A stretch of 63,137 nucleotides of DNA, filler included, from Reclinomonas americana ATCC 50394 (taxonomy: Eukaryota), in the NCBI GenBank assembly GCA_048213135.1. It is 5 parts of 2 records of this genome, joined end to end, with 100 filler letters (N's around TTAATTAATTAA, not from the genome) between each part and the next. Parts side by side here need not be neighbours in the genome. Positions count along the whole stretch, not along the records: positions 35,679 to 49,035 come from PS015574.1; positions 49,136 to 63,137 come from PS015574.1; 3 more parts are not named here. One strand, 5' to 3'. The position numbers and the translations under genes are program-made. Within the stretch, counting starts at the first letter, position 1, and each line of letters begins with the position of its first letter. The notes beneath the pieces are model-generated. The model worked only from the letters and a program-made list of their open reading frames with translations. It was not told where the DNA came from and did no database searches. Shown here in pieces: positions 42,839 to 55,380 of this stretch.

Positions 42839-45800
42839 ATGCTGCTGCTGCTGCGGTGGTGGCCTCATCGCAGCGGTCTACCACCAGGCGTACCACTGTC
42901 GCCTACCATTGCATCATCATGGTTCGCACCAGTGATGCGATCCTTCGCCAGTCGTGGTCGTCGTCGCCAGGCGTCGGCTGTGGCGGAGCAGGCGCCGCTG
43001 ATGGTGGAGAAGCGCTTGTCGTCGGCCAATGGTACGTTGTCGTTCTTGACTGCATGCGTGCGCTGCGGGAGAGAATGACTTTGACAATGCATGGTGCGCA
43101 GCTTCCGAGTTGGATGTGCTGCTTCGGCGCATGGATCGCAGTCGGAAGCTGCGACAGCAAGGTGCGTGCGTGTACGTGCGTATGTGTGGCGCTGAGTGCG
43201 TCTGCCGACCAATGCACGTTCTGTTTCCATTGGCAGCGCTGATGCAAGGCGTGGAACCGATGGTGTGGCAACGCAGTTTGCGCATGTTCCGCCAGTCGCT
43301 GCTGTCGCCGGCGACGAGCACCACCACCACAACTACCACAACGACAACAACAACAACGACGACGAATGCAATGACGGCGACGAGCACTCTGTTATCCATG
43401 TCGACAACTGCCGCGGAAGCACCGTTGGGTGAGGACCGATTGCGTGCTAGTCGGTGTTTCCGTCACTCATCTCGTCATGCACGTGTGTGTCATAGCGCCC
43501 CATGAGCTGTTTGCCACGTTCATGGAGTTCTCTCGTCGCAAGTTTGGCCGTTCGATCAGCGCATATCGCGCGTTGATGCAACACTCGGACATGCGTTCGC
43601 CGCAGGATTGGTACGCGGCAGCGCGTCAACGGCGGCGACACTTTACTTTTCACGTTGCGTACGTGTGAACGGAAGGGGGGAGGAGGGTGGGGAGATCGAC
43701 ACTGGCTGACTCCGCCGGAGGCATCGATGCAGTGTGGTCCGACGAATTCCGGAAAGAGCCATCATGCGGTGGAGGCCATGATGGCGGCATCGTCTGGTGA
43801 GTGAGCGAATAAGTGCAAGGTGAATGATGTACGCCTCATTCTTGGCGGCAGGCGTGTTTCTGGCTCCGCTTCGACTGCTGGCATTGGAGATCTATCGACG
43901 ACTGAATGAGCGAGGTGTTCCCTGTTCGCTGCTCACTGGTGAGTTGGTGCAAGTGTTGCTCGTGGGCGCAACATGCGGCTTATTCTTTCGATTGCCATCA
44001 GGGGAGGAGCGCATCGATGTGGCGGGTGCAAAGCACGTGGCCTGCACGGTGGAAATGGCGAAACTCGAGCAGCCCGTCGAGTTGCGTCGACAGAGGGATC
44101 GCTGATGCATGGAGAGCTTGTTGCTGATGGTGGGGGTGGGCGATGCAGCTGTGCTGTGCTGGACGAGGTGCAAATGATGGAGGATCCTGAACGTGGCTGG
44201 GCGTGGACGAGAGCCATTCTCGGTTTGAATGCCCCCGAAATACACGTCTGTGGTGAACCGCGGGCGCTGCGCATGTTGCAGCACTTTGTGCGACACACTG
44301 GCGACAAACTGATCACAAAGGAGTACGAGCGGCTGACCTCGCTCGTGCCACAACGACAGAGCCTGGAGGGCGATTTCAAGAATATTCGCGAGGTTTCTTT
44401 CTTGCTCCAACATTTTCTTTCGTGCGTGTGGAGCTAAACATCTTTCACTTTTACAACTCAGGGCGACTGCATTGTGGCGTTCTCACGCAAGCAAATCTAC
44501 AAGATCAAGAAGGCGGTGGAGCGTCTGACACCGTTCCGCTGCGCTGTGGTGTACGGCTCGCTGCCACCGGCCACACGCCGCGCACAGGCCAGTCTGTTCA
44601 ACGACCGCGAAGCGTCACATACCAGTGTGCTGGTGGCCTCCGATGCCATCTCCCACGGCCTCAATCTCAACATTCGCCGTGTGGTGTTCTTCTCGCTGGA
44701 AAAGTACAATGGCACCGAATACGTGCCGCTGCCGGCGCCCCTCATTCGCCAAATCGGCGGGCGAGCGGGGCGGTTTGGCTCGCGGTACCCGAATGGAGAA
44801 GTGGCGTGGTGCGTGGCGATGAGCAGTTGCGACGAGTGTGTGCGGTCCTCGCTGAGCTGTCGTGTCTGTGCAGTTTCCATGCCGACGATGTGCCGACCAT
44901 GCTGGAGGCGTTTGCCACGCAGCCCGAATCGATTCGTGTGGCTGGCCTGCTGCCCGAGTTTGAGCAGCTGTCCATGTTTACCAGCACGATTGACACGCAG
45001 ATGCCGTTCTCCAGAGTGCTGGTTCCGTAACTGATCTGGCAGCTCGTTGGATCCACAGAACTACTCACGCACCCGCGCAGGACAAGTTTGCCGAGATGGC
45101 GCAGCTGGATCGCGGGCATTTTGTGTGCGACCTGCGAGATCAGAAGATCATTGCCGACTGCATCGAGCAGATTTCGCTGTCGCTGAACGAGAGGTACACT
45201 TTTTGTGTGGCTCCAGTGGACACGAGGGAGGCTTCGGCCTTGCAGCATCTTGTCAAGGTGCACTTGTGTAAGAGGGAAAGAGACGGCAGCTCGTGTCTTC
45301 TCACCGTTCCTTTTTGCTGTGCGTTCTGCCAGTTTGCTCGGTATCACTCGCGTCGCGAGTCTGTGCCAGTGCCGACCGTCATGCTGCCGGCGGTCGGTCG
45401 GTCGCAGGAGGACTTGCGGGAGATGGAGTTTCGTGCATGGTGGACGACGTGCCGGCGTGCAGCAACAGCAGGCTGACACTTTTTCTGTGTGCAGACTCTA
45501 TTATCACGCGCTCGACCTGTACTGCTGGCTCAGCTACCGCTTCGAGGAGACTTTTCTCGGTCGCGACTTTGCCGTGGAGAAGCGAGAGGACACTGGCCGG
45601 CGCATTGCGCGCACACTTGACTGCATGACACGGGGCTCTTCGCCACTGGAGGAAGACGACGATGAGGGAGACGAAGCCGATTATGACGACAACTATCTGG
45701 CGACTGAAGATCGGCGATCACGGCGGTCACGACAGCACGACCGCCGCAGTCGTCAATGGTCGCGTGCGGAGAACAATGACCACGACGAAGACGACGATGA

Positions 45801-45933
45801 TGGCTCCATGGACGACGATGCTGACGAAGGCGAGCAAGTGGTGGAGACTCGAGAGCGCATCCGCGGCAGTTCGTGGCACGCACCACGTGGTGGTGGTGGT
45901 GGCAGCAAACGACAGCATCGAGTGATGCGATAA
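42839..45933 (+). CDS. SUV3: Mitochondrial RNA helicase SUV3
   Basis: [62 protein letters not shown]; Arg-rich presequence. Confidence 0.95.
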
Positions 45934-46545
45934 ACAGGCACGANNNNNNNNNNNNNNNNNNNNNNNNNNNNNNNNNNNNNNNNNNNNNNNNNNNNNNNNN
46001 NNNNNNNNNNNNNNNNNNNNNNNNNNNNNNNNNNNNNNNNNNNNNNNNNNNNNNNNNNNNNNNNNNNNNNNNNNNNNNNNNNNNNNNNNNNNNNNNNNNN
46101 NNNNNNNNNNNNNNNNNNNNNNNNNNNNNNNNNNNNNNNNNNNNNNNNNNNNNNNNNNNNNNNNNNNNNNNNNNNNNNNNNNNNNNNNNNNNNNNNNNNN
46201 NNNNNNNNNNNNNNNNNNNNNNNNNNNNNNNNNNNNNNNNNNNNNNNNNNNNNNNNNNNNNNNNNNNNNNNNNNNNNNNNNNNNNNNNNNNNNNNNNNNN
46301 NNNNNNNNNNNNNNNNNNNNNNNNNNNNNNNNNNNNNNNNNNNNNNNNNNNNNNNNNNNNNNNNNNNNNNNNNNNNNNNNNNNNNNNNNNNNNNNNNNNN
46401 NNNNNNNNNNNNNNNNNNNNNNNNNNNNNNNNNNNNNNNNNNNNNNNNNNNNNNNNNNNNNNNNNNNNNNNNNNNNNNNNNNNNNNNNNNNNNNNNNNNN
46501 NNNNNNNNNNNNNNNNNNNNGAGAGAGAGGCACTGTGCGCGAACC

Positions 46546-47013
46546 TGTAAATCACACGCGTGCCCTTGCCCCAGTGGTTGAGTCCCTCGAGGAAGTTGCA
46601 GACGCGATCGGAGCGCTTGCACACGAGGCCGAAGCATTCGCGCAGAATTTCTCGTTGTTGAGTGTGCTGCGCGAGAAGTCGACATGAGTGTGCGACGAGA
46701 GGAGAAGGAGGGCGAGAGGGGCCACGCAACTGGTGTGTTGTCGTAGAACTTGGTCAGACGGGCCTTGCCGTGATTGTTCTGTGATTGAGAGAGTGCTTGC
46801 GTGAGAGAAGGAATGAAGCACAATGCATGGAGGAGGCAGACACTCTAGTGTGCACGCGCGATGTGTGAGCGTGTGTGTGTGTGCGAGGAGTTGTTGAGAG
46901 TGTGCAGCGAGAGGAGGACATGGCGTAAGAATAGCACGCCGTCTTCTCCTTCTCACTCTCTACGTCTTGGCGAGAATGCTGAACGCAACAAAGATGAGGA
47001 TGGCGCGGATCAT
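46546..47013 (-). CDS. AP3S: AP-3 complex sigma subunit, 3' part in gap
   Basis: MIRAILIF|NNHGKARLTKFY..QQREILRECFGLVCKRSDRVCNFLE..VIYR. Confidence 0.88.
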
Positions 47014-47162
47014 TGCGTCGTCGTCGTCGTTGTTCTTCGTTGTTGTGCTGTGGCTGACACGGGACTTTTCAATCACCGACGTGCCTGTCTTCTTATTTAA
47101 GTTTCCTTCTTCCTCCTCCACTTATCACACACACTCCATGTTTTCTTCTCGATTTCTTCCCG

Positions 47163-48707
47163 TCAGCGGCCCCAGAAGAACATCATCACCCATTCGTACG
47201 TGACAAAGACCATGGCGTGCAGTGGTAATGCTCGCAGCAGGGCCATGCCCAAGCCGCGGTGGAAGGCAGCTGACGATCGACAAAGAGTGAGTACGACTGG
47301 GGAGAACAACCAGCAGCAGCACCCACACAACACTCACCAAAGCCGCCCTCCTGATACAACTGTGAAATAACAACACACCCGAGTTAATTCTCTCACCACG
47401 CTTACTTTGCCCCCCGCTTCGCCCCACTCACATGTCGCGCACAGTCCACGATGCCTGTGAATTGACCGGGAAGAGCATTGCTCATGCGTGTCTTCAGCAC
47501 ATCTATGTAGTACATCGGTGGCAGCCACTGGCTGACGCCAGCAATGCCACCGGCCAGTAATGTTCGAGGAACCGACAGGTGCTCCGACGGATCGGCGTCG
47601 GCGGGGCGCAGATAGCGCTTCGCCAGGTCATACGTCGGGTAGTAGAACTGTGACAGGGGAGAGAAGTGAGTGAGACAACTGGCTTGAAGATGCAAAAAGT
47701 GACGACGCAACAGCCAACTGCATCGCCTCACGCAGGAATGTGGCCGACATGCCACGGAACAGACCGCCGTACACGCCCTCTCTTCTTATGAGATCTAATG
47801 CGCAGGCGCCCGACCAACTGTAGGGCGAATGACCGCCCGGCAACTCACGCGCTTGCATGACAATCTTGACGCGTTCCAGCACCTGCCGCAGAGGTGCTTG
47901 CGCTATACCGGAGAGAGCACCACAACACAGCAGCTCAGGGACGCTGAGCTGCGTGACATGCTCCGCCTCGGAGACGATGCGCACGGCCCAGCCGTACGAC
48001 GCGAAACCCACGGCCTTGATGAGACCGTACCCTGGTGTATCACAACACACAACAGTCAGCTCGTGAGCGGGGACAGGTGGTAAGGAGAGAGTGTGTACGA
48101 GACCGGCAATGGGTGATAGCAGGCCGCGGTAGAGTGACAGCGGTCCATCGGCACGAATCACACGTGCCAGAGCCTCTCGCTGCGCGTGTGCATGAGGTAA
48201 GCAACGAGAAGCGAAAGGAGGATCTCCCAAGGGCACACTGACCGCAGCGAGTCCATGCGCACCCCGATACGTCTGCAGTCGGGTCTTGAGTGCTGCAAGT
48301 AAAATCGCGTCAGGTTCGGCAGGGTTCGACAGGGACAACAGCAACAAAAAAACACGCAACTATCGAGCGGATACACCACCGTCACAGCCGCCGCACCAGC
48401 TGCCCACACAGATGAGAGAGACAGAGAGAGAGAGAGAGAAATGAGCACGCGCGCAAATATGAAACAGAGATGCGGTCGTCGCACCAACGCTGCCCGCCAA
48501 TAGCTCCTCGACGACCTTGCTCAGTTGGAGATGCGCTGCGACGCCCACGGGTGTGCCAAACGATGGCTTGGGCGTCATGGTCACTGCTGCTGCTGCTACT
48601 GGTGGTGGTGGTTGTGGTGGTGGTGATTGAGCAGCAGCAGAAGAGGGCGATGATGATGATGTGGATGATGACGACGATGACGATGTGGATGACATGGTGA
48701 GCGTCAT
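47163..48707 (-). CDS. Mitochondrial carrier (SLC25; carnitine/ornithine-carrier-like)
   Basis: Three carrier repeats: YPLD.LKTRLQ, LERVKIVMQ, IDVLKTRM; LYRG/LFRG/FHRG motifs. Confidence 0.88.
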
Positions 48708-49079
48708 CGCCGTGCGTGTGTGCGCTACAGGTATTGCACAGCTGCTGCAAGGTGAAGCACAGCAGAGTGCACGTGCGCGCGTGCGTGTGAGGGAAGCAAG
48801 GCGATAAAGTCGCTGCCTGGACAAAATCACGGAATCTTCGCCAGCCGACGGATACGGCAACTAAACTTGGGCAAAGCAGCAGCGCAGCAGCAACACGACG
48901 TGTGAAACAAGCTGTTGCCTTTGTGCGCACACGCGTTCTTGGAGCATTGCAATTGCAGTTGCCGATCGCTTGCGGTATCGAATTCGAAAACAGGAACCAA
49001 ATCGATCGATATCGCGGCAGGTGCACATTCGACGANNNNNNNNNNNNNNNNNNNNNNNNNNNNNNNNNNNNNNNNNNNN

Positions 49080-49091
49080 TTAATTAATTAA
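49080..49091. other. Artificial scaffold linker
   Basis: TTAATTAATTAA between N runs. Confidence 0.97.
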
Positions 49092-49135
49092 NNNNNNNNN
49101 NNNNNNNNNNNNNNNNNNNNNNNNNNNNNNNNNNN

Positions 49136-50316
49136 AAGAACAGTGACGCTCCACCGAGACGAGTGTGCGGGCGCAACTAAACACATCGACCAGCATGGTC
49201 GGCCAGTCTTGCTGAATCTGCACGAAAACCGCCTGCAGCAGGTCGGGCAACAGGGCACGAGTGGGACCCTCGAGTTTCTGCGAGCCGGACGGCACAAACG
49301 GGCCGGCGATCGGCATGTTCTTGTCGAGCCACTTGGAGCGCTGCACGTCGTCATGCAGCCGGTCAAACCCGTCGTCCAGCACCGCACCGATTCCCTCGAC
49401 ACGGTCGCTCTTTGCCGGCTCGTAGCCGCCGTGATATGACCTGCCAGAGGGAACTACGAAACTATGCGCACACACACAGCAAGAGCGATGAGTGATGAGC
49501 GATTGATGGTCGTGCAAACAGCAACAGAACTCGTCGCCATGAATGGTCTTGATGGTCTCCGTGTGCTTCTGACGCTCGGTGGCGGCCAGTTGGTCGGCCA
49601 GATCGTACTCTGAGTGCACGTACTTGAACTGCTGGAACAGGTGCTTCTTGTCCTCGTACTGCGTGCGCACAGCGACGAAGAGCATGAGTGCAAGATCCGG
49701 CAACGCCGGCCCCTCCTCGCCACGCCCCCACCTTCTTATCGGAGAGAGCCGTGGTCAGCGTCGACACTCGCACATCATCGTACATGCGCAGCTTCTTCTC
49801 CGTCACAAAGTCCGTGTGCATATCGTCGGGCAGGTCGTGCAAGCCAATGACTGAGTGATTTGAATCAATCAACATCCACAACGTCCATCGCACACATACA
49901 CACACGCGCACACACACGCAACAGCTGGCCTTGCCAAACACACGCTGGATCTGCTCCTGCTCCGCATTGGTGTACTCGGGGAGCACTGGAGGAGAACATG
50001 AGACACAATTTGCGAAACAACAACAATCACAACAACAACAAACGAAACGAGAGGCGATGTTGGGTTTCAAGTAACCCGGCTCTGCCTTGCCACCCGACGA
50101 GCGTGTCACTCGACTGCGCGCCGAGGCACCGCCACTGTTGTGAAAGAGCGTCTCATCGTCGTCGTCGATCTCGTGCTCCGATGAGTCCTGTGAGCGACGA
50201 TCGTCATCCTCGGCTCGACCGTATGTCGCTGTGTGAGATCGTCAGCAGGCGTGAGAGGGAGAGTGAGAAAGAGAAAGAGAGACGCAACAGGCAGTCGTCG
50301 ATGGCGCCGCCGACAT
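49136..50316 (-). CDS. Uncharacterised protein, 3' partial
   Basis: Open spliced frame MSAAPSTTA|STYGRAEDDD..LFQQFKYVHSEYDLADQLAATER..GPFVPSG; family not recognised. Confidence 0.6.
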
Positions 50317-50435
50317 GATTTTGTGATTGCGCGAGCACGGTAACCGTTACTCATATTATATTGCATCATCGCGAGAGGTTTCTCAGTCTTTCTCTCTTTC
50401 CTTCTTTCTCGTGTGCGTGTTGTGTGCAATCGAAG

Positions 50436-53400
50436 ATGACAGAGGAGCGCAAGAAGAGCGTGTGCATGGAGATTGATTTCTCTGATCGTCCGGCCTCGGC
50501 CGCCGGCTCTGCGCTGGGCGACGATGGTCTGCAGACGGCATTCCGCGGCTTTCTCAAGAAGAAAAAGGTGGGGTGCCTCCTCCTCGTCCTCTTCTCGCAC
50601 GTGCCTTCCTCTTCCCTCACACACACACGCAGGATTCGATAAGGCGCGAGTCGGAGGCGATGGACGAGGAGACGCTGCGGATGCGAGCGGATCCCGAGCG
50701 CATGCGCTTCCTGCGCGAGAAGTTCATCGACACTGCCAAGTCGTACATTGGTGTGCCATACGGTCGCAAGTTCCACGAGGAGGGAAGTTGCGTGTACTTG
50801 CACGTGAGTTGTCGTGTTCGGGTTCCTCGTTGAGTGTCTCATCCGCCCACGCAGGCGCGCTCTACAACTCGCCGCTCTTCCTCGACTGCTGTGGTCTTGT
50901 GCGGCAAGTGGTCAACGATCTGCGGGATGACTTTGGCTTCACACTGGGACCGTGGAATCAGGGTTACCAGTTTGACACGCTGCCGGAGCGCAAGGCCAGT
51001 GCGAGTGAGCTGCAGCCGGGCGACCTCATCTTCTACAGCGCCACCTACTACCACCCGGAGAAGCGTGGCAAGCAGAAGCATGACATGGTGCATGTGGAGA
51101 TCTTTTATCCTGGAGCCACTGGAATCGGCACGATTGGTTCGTGAGGGAGAGGTTATCTTTATCTTCTGAGCATCTTGGATGATGACACCGTTGTGCAGGT
51201 GCTCGCAACCCACGCGGTGTGGTCTCCATCTTTGATGACTACAAGTTTGTCAGTTGCGACACTCCACGAGATGATCGATCACGTACATGCTGCGTGTGTT
51301 GGAGACCGCTGACTGCTTTATTGACATGCAGGCAAGAACTATTACGACATTCACTGGCACTTTTGCTCCATCGACACGTGGCTAATGGGCATCTGCAAGA
51401 GCTTCTGCCCCGAGCATGCGTGGTTGCGCAACACTCTCAATCCGGGCAAGAAGTCCATTTTCTCCTCGGAAAAGTTGCGAACCACTGTCACCACCACCTC
51501 GCAACTGCGTTCTCAACAGCGCTCGATAGTGCGGACGAGGAGAACGAGGAGGAGAGCGAGTACGTGGAGGAGAGTGGGGCGTGCTCGGACGATGAAATCG
51601 AAGTCGACGCCACCATGAGCCCTTCGTCGTCTGCGCAGCAGGCGGCGGCAGCAGCTGCGGCCGCCTCGCGATTCGCCGAAGCCGTGTCGGCTCCACCACC
51701 TCCACCACCTCAGTTCACCGACCCGGACGATGCGTTGCCTGTGGAGAGCGCCGGTGCTGCGTCGACCGTGGCGACAGCCGCGGCCACCGCCACTGCCGCC
51801 ACCGCTGGTCCTGCAAAAGCTGCTGCACAGCGGCAACCTGCGAAGCGAGTCAATGGACCGGCGCCATTACGTCGAGCGGTCACCGCTTCCGGGACCTCAT
51901 CGTCATCGTCGTCTTCACTCACCGCAGCCGGCGCCTCGTCCACCAACACCGCCTCTGCCGCCGCACCGCGTGTGTCGCCCATGAGACGCAGCACGTCGTC
52001 CACGGCGGCGGCTTCGGTCGCCGCGCCGGCCGGTGCAGCTCGAGGCCGCAAGAAGCTGTTTTACATTAACCAAGGCAACAACTGGCCACTGTTGCGTGCC
52101 ATTTCTGCCTTCCACAACCAGCACGCGACGGTAACACTAACACCTGTGAGACAACTTGTTGCAGAGTGGCCAACGTGCTCAAGGCACGCGGGTGGGAGCA
52201 AATTCCCTTTGCCGAGGGCTCACGCACCGACTACACGCTGCGCTGGGTGGAGAATCGCAGTACCACGGACTATCGCGCTTTCCGCGAGGGCAAGCAACTG
52301 GTGAATCACATTGCCAACAACCGCATCATCACGGCGAAGAACAATCTGTACGGCACCCTGCGCGATTACGAGCGCATCAACAAGTCCATCAATCTCGCTT
52401 CGTTTGTGCCGGAGACGTTCCGGTTGGATGTGGTCGGAGAATGCCTGCAATTCTTTGAAAAGACTCGTCGTTGCGTGGCATCAACACCACCACGCGAATA
52501 TGCACACATCAGTGTTGCTCACGTCGTGCTGGCAGAGGAAGAAGCAGGGACGGCGTGGATTGTCAAGCCAGCCGGCATGAACCAGGGTCGTGGAATCTAT
52601 GTGACACGTGATGTTCGCGAGTTGCGACGTGAATATCTCGGCCAAGAGGAGGTCACATGGCAGCGTGCCGAGTCGGGCTACGCCGTGCCCGAGAAGCCCC
52701 CAAGCGACAGCGGAAGCTCCAGGTTTGAGAGCCACCACCCGATTCACACGACGATGCACTTCTGACGGACACGTGCACACATGCAGTGGCGCCGCTGCTT
52801 CCGGCACTGTCACGCCCTCAGAGAGTGCCTCGGAAGCCGACTCGGCATCCACTGCATTCTCGGCCGACGACACGTCTGTGCGCGAGGTGTGCCGTCGTTC
52901 ACTCTTGTCCCTGATCACTCGCAATGTGTTGTTGCTCATCGTGTGCGATGCAGGATGGCGGCGCAAGCGGCAGTGGATCCTCATCGTCAGCAGCAGCTGG
53001 CGCCTCGCGTTCGACGCCCACCAAGTTGCGTGTGCGATCGGTGGTGTTGCTCGCTGTCGCTGTCGACGCCCCTCATCGTTTCCCGTGCAGAGCTGCCGCA
53101 CCGGCGGCCAAGAAAGAGCGAGTGGTGGGCGCTCTCCATCGGAGCAGCTTCAAGGCAGCGCACTCGCCAACCATTGTGCAGCGTTACATCGCCAACCCTC
53201 TGTTGATCCGCAACCGCAAATTCGACATTCGCTGCTACCTCCTCGTCGCCGCCTGCGCACCACGCTATCACGTCTTCTATGCCGGTGCGCGGGTGCCGTG
53301 TATTTCACGCTTGAGTTCGTGTCTTGCTTCTCACTGTGGGGACCAGACGGCTATCTGCGCATTGCGTCCACGGACTATGACTGTGAGCACTTGGAGGATC

Positions 53401-53999
53401 GCACAGCGCACTTGACGAACATGGCGGTGCAGAAGAGCAACCCGGATTACGAACAGCTGGACAAGTCAGCTCTCGTGATGGACTTGCCGCAGCTCGAGCA
53501 GTACCTCGTCGAGGTGGGTGCCGCACCGGCGCAATGGGTGGACGACGTGTTGAAGGTGACTGTTTGCGCACGCGGAGAGGGCGACTGCTTGCTGGTTCCA
53601 TCGTCTCACCCAAGTGTCGTGCAATGCTCGTAGCCGCGCATGAGAGAGATTTCCCGCATCATTTTTGAGAGCGCCAAGACCAAGTTTGAGCGCAAGAAGG
53701 GCTACTTTGACTTGTTCGGCCTCGACTTTTTCGTGGACGATGCCCTCAACGTGTGGCTGCTCGAGGTCAACACCAATCCGGGTTTTGGTGTCAAGGGCAG
53801 CGATATTCTGGAGGCTCAGATGCCCGCACTCGTGGAGGAGACTCTCAGTTTCGTATTGATTGGTTCCCTATCTGCCTGCGTGCGTGCGCATGCATCTGCT
53901 CACCGTGTGACAGACATTGTGTTGCGAGTGTTTGACGAGGACGAGGCACCGCCGGCCAGCGAGCTGCGCATGTTTGAGCACGTGTACACGGGTCGTTGA
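50436..53999 (+). CDS. TTLL10: NlpC/P60-like papain-fold domain fused to TTLL10-like tubulin glycylase
   Basis: N-terminus: AKSYIGVPY..LDCCGLV..LQPGDLIFY..HVEIF. C-terminus: FYI..GW..DYTLRW..FREGKQLV..FVPETFRLD..WIVKPAGMNQGRGI..VQRYIANPLL..RKFDIR..HLTN..FDLFGLDF..WLLEVNTNP. Confidence 0.85.
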
Positions 54000-54097
54000 G
54001 TGCCGGCGCCACCACCGCTGTGATTGATCCAGTGAACAGTGTCGTTGCGTTGTACCCTGCCAAGATCATCTACCCGTGTGTTGCCACGAGATCTTGC
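53968..54097. repeat. Direct repeat copy 1 (130 bp)
   Basis: About 9 differences from 55381-55509 by manual alignment. Confidence 0.95.
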
Positions 54098-55380
54098 CCG
54101 GCCGCCTGCAAGACACCCAACCCAACTGGTTGTTGTGCTGGTGGGGCGGGGAGTCGTCCCTCTTGGACAACTCCCGGACGAGCCTGAAACAACTGCGCGA
54201 CGCTGTGGAGCTCATCAAAGAGTACCCGTTGTCGGCGAAGAAGCTCAAGAGGTGCAAGGAGCTGATGGGACCCGACACAATGCAGTAGCAGCATGGACAG
54301 TTGTCAAGTATGGTAAGCTCTGGTCAGCGATAGTGTGCTGCGAACTGTAGGTACACTGATTGATCCTGAAAACTGTTGCCAGATCTAGAAGCTGCCAGTC
54401 GAAAAACGAGCTACTACAAGCCAGCAAACAGCCGTCGCTGGAGCGTCGTCGGATGCTGTGGGGCCGCGTCCAGCAGCAGCTGCTCTTCGCGCTGGGCGTT
54501 CTCTTGTTTGAGGAGAAGCAGTTCCTCCCGCACAACCGCCAGCATTGGCAGGAAACGCTCCTGGAACTTTCCAAGCAGGTCGTCGATCTCCCGCATTGCT
54601 TCTTCAAACTTCTCGTCCGGGCACGGGGCGCCGAACCAACTGCTGCTTGGCGGCAGCACGTCCACCGTCTCGATGAGCATGAGGCGGATGAAACGAGTCG
54701 TGCGCCACAGGCATTCTTGCTGCCAGTCAGTCAGACGGCAGGAGCCGTCACTGGAATCGCGTCCATATCGTACAGCCACGTCTGTGGTGGTGGCCAGAGA
54801 TATCAGAAAATCAAACGCCCCACATGTGCATCGTGGAACCTCACCGAGCATCTCCAGAAGCAGACGCGCATTCGCCGTCACTCCAACTCCACGACGATTG
54901 GCGTCTTGTACAGGCCACCTGGCCACAGCCAGTTCGACTACAGCGGTGTGGTCAGCACAGCATTGCGCAAATATCAACACAAGACACACCAATACCTTCT
55001 TCAAGCTTTCGACGAGTCACAACAGCATATGCCTCCAAGTAATTCTGTGCGATGAGGAAAGGTGGTTGTTGCAATTGGCCATGGGCGTGGATGACAGTGA
55101 TGCTCACTCTCGTCCACAAGAAGAAGCACACACAAAAAAGGATAGCGACGTCGACGCACTGACTGGGAGAGTACAGAGAAGGGCGAGAAGAAGGGGACGA
55201 ATCGCACCATCTTATTGGTGACGCCTTGCACGGATTTCTGGCAGTAGTGGGTGGGGGGCAGGGGGCAGTGCCCTGCTTGAGGTGGGGGGCACAGGTTCCC
55301 CGAAGAGGCCTCCACGGCTCACAAGAAGACTCCAGAACTGAAAATGTTCGGTTTACATAAGAAACCGACCTGCTCAGAAG
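54098..55380. mobile_element. 1.28-kb insert of unknown origin between direct repeats; carries a 196-aa minus-strand ORF (54414-55004)
   Basis: Lies exactly between duplicated gene ends; no transposase or RT motif recognised; G-run motif at 55246-55301. Confidence 0.45.

Noticed and set aside
13072..49091. Repeated palindrome TTAATTAATTAA as a biological element
   Set aside because: Always centred in a 100-nt N spacer; it is a scaffold-joining linker, so gene neighbourhoods across these points mean nothing.
53986..54080. Both convergent genes end in TGR* (ACACGGGT inverted repeat)
   Set aside because: An 8-bp match is compatible with chance, and no extended hairpin is present.
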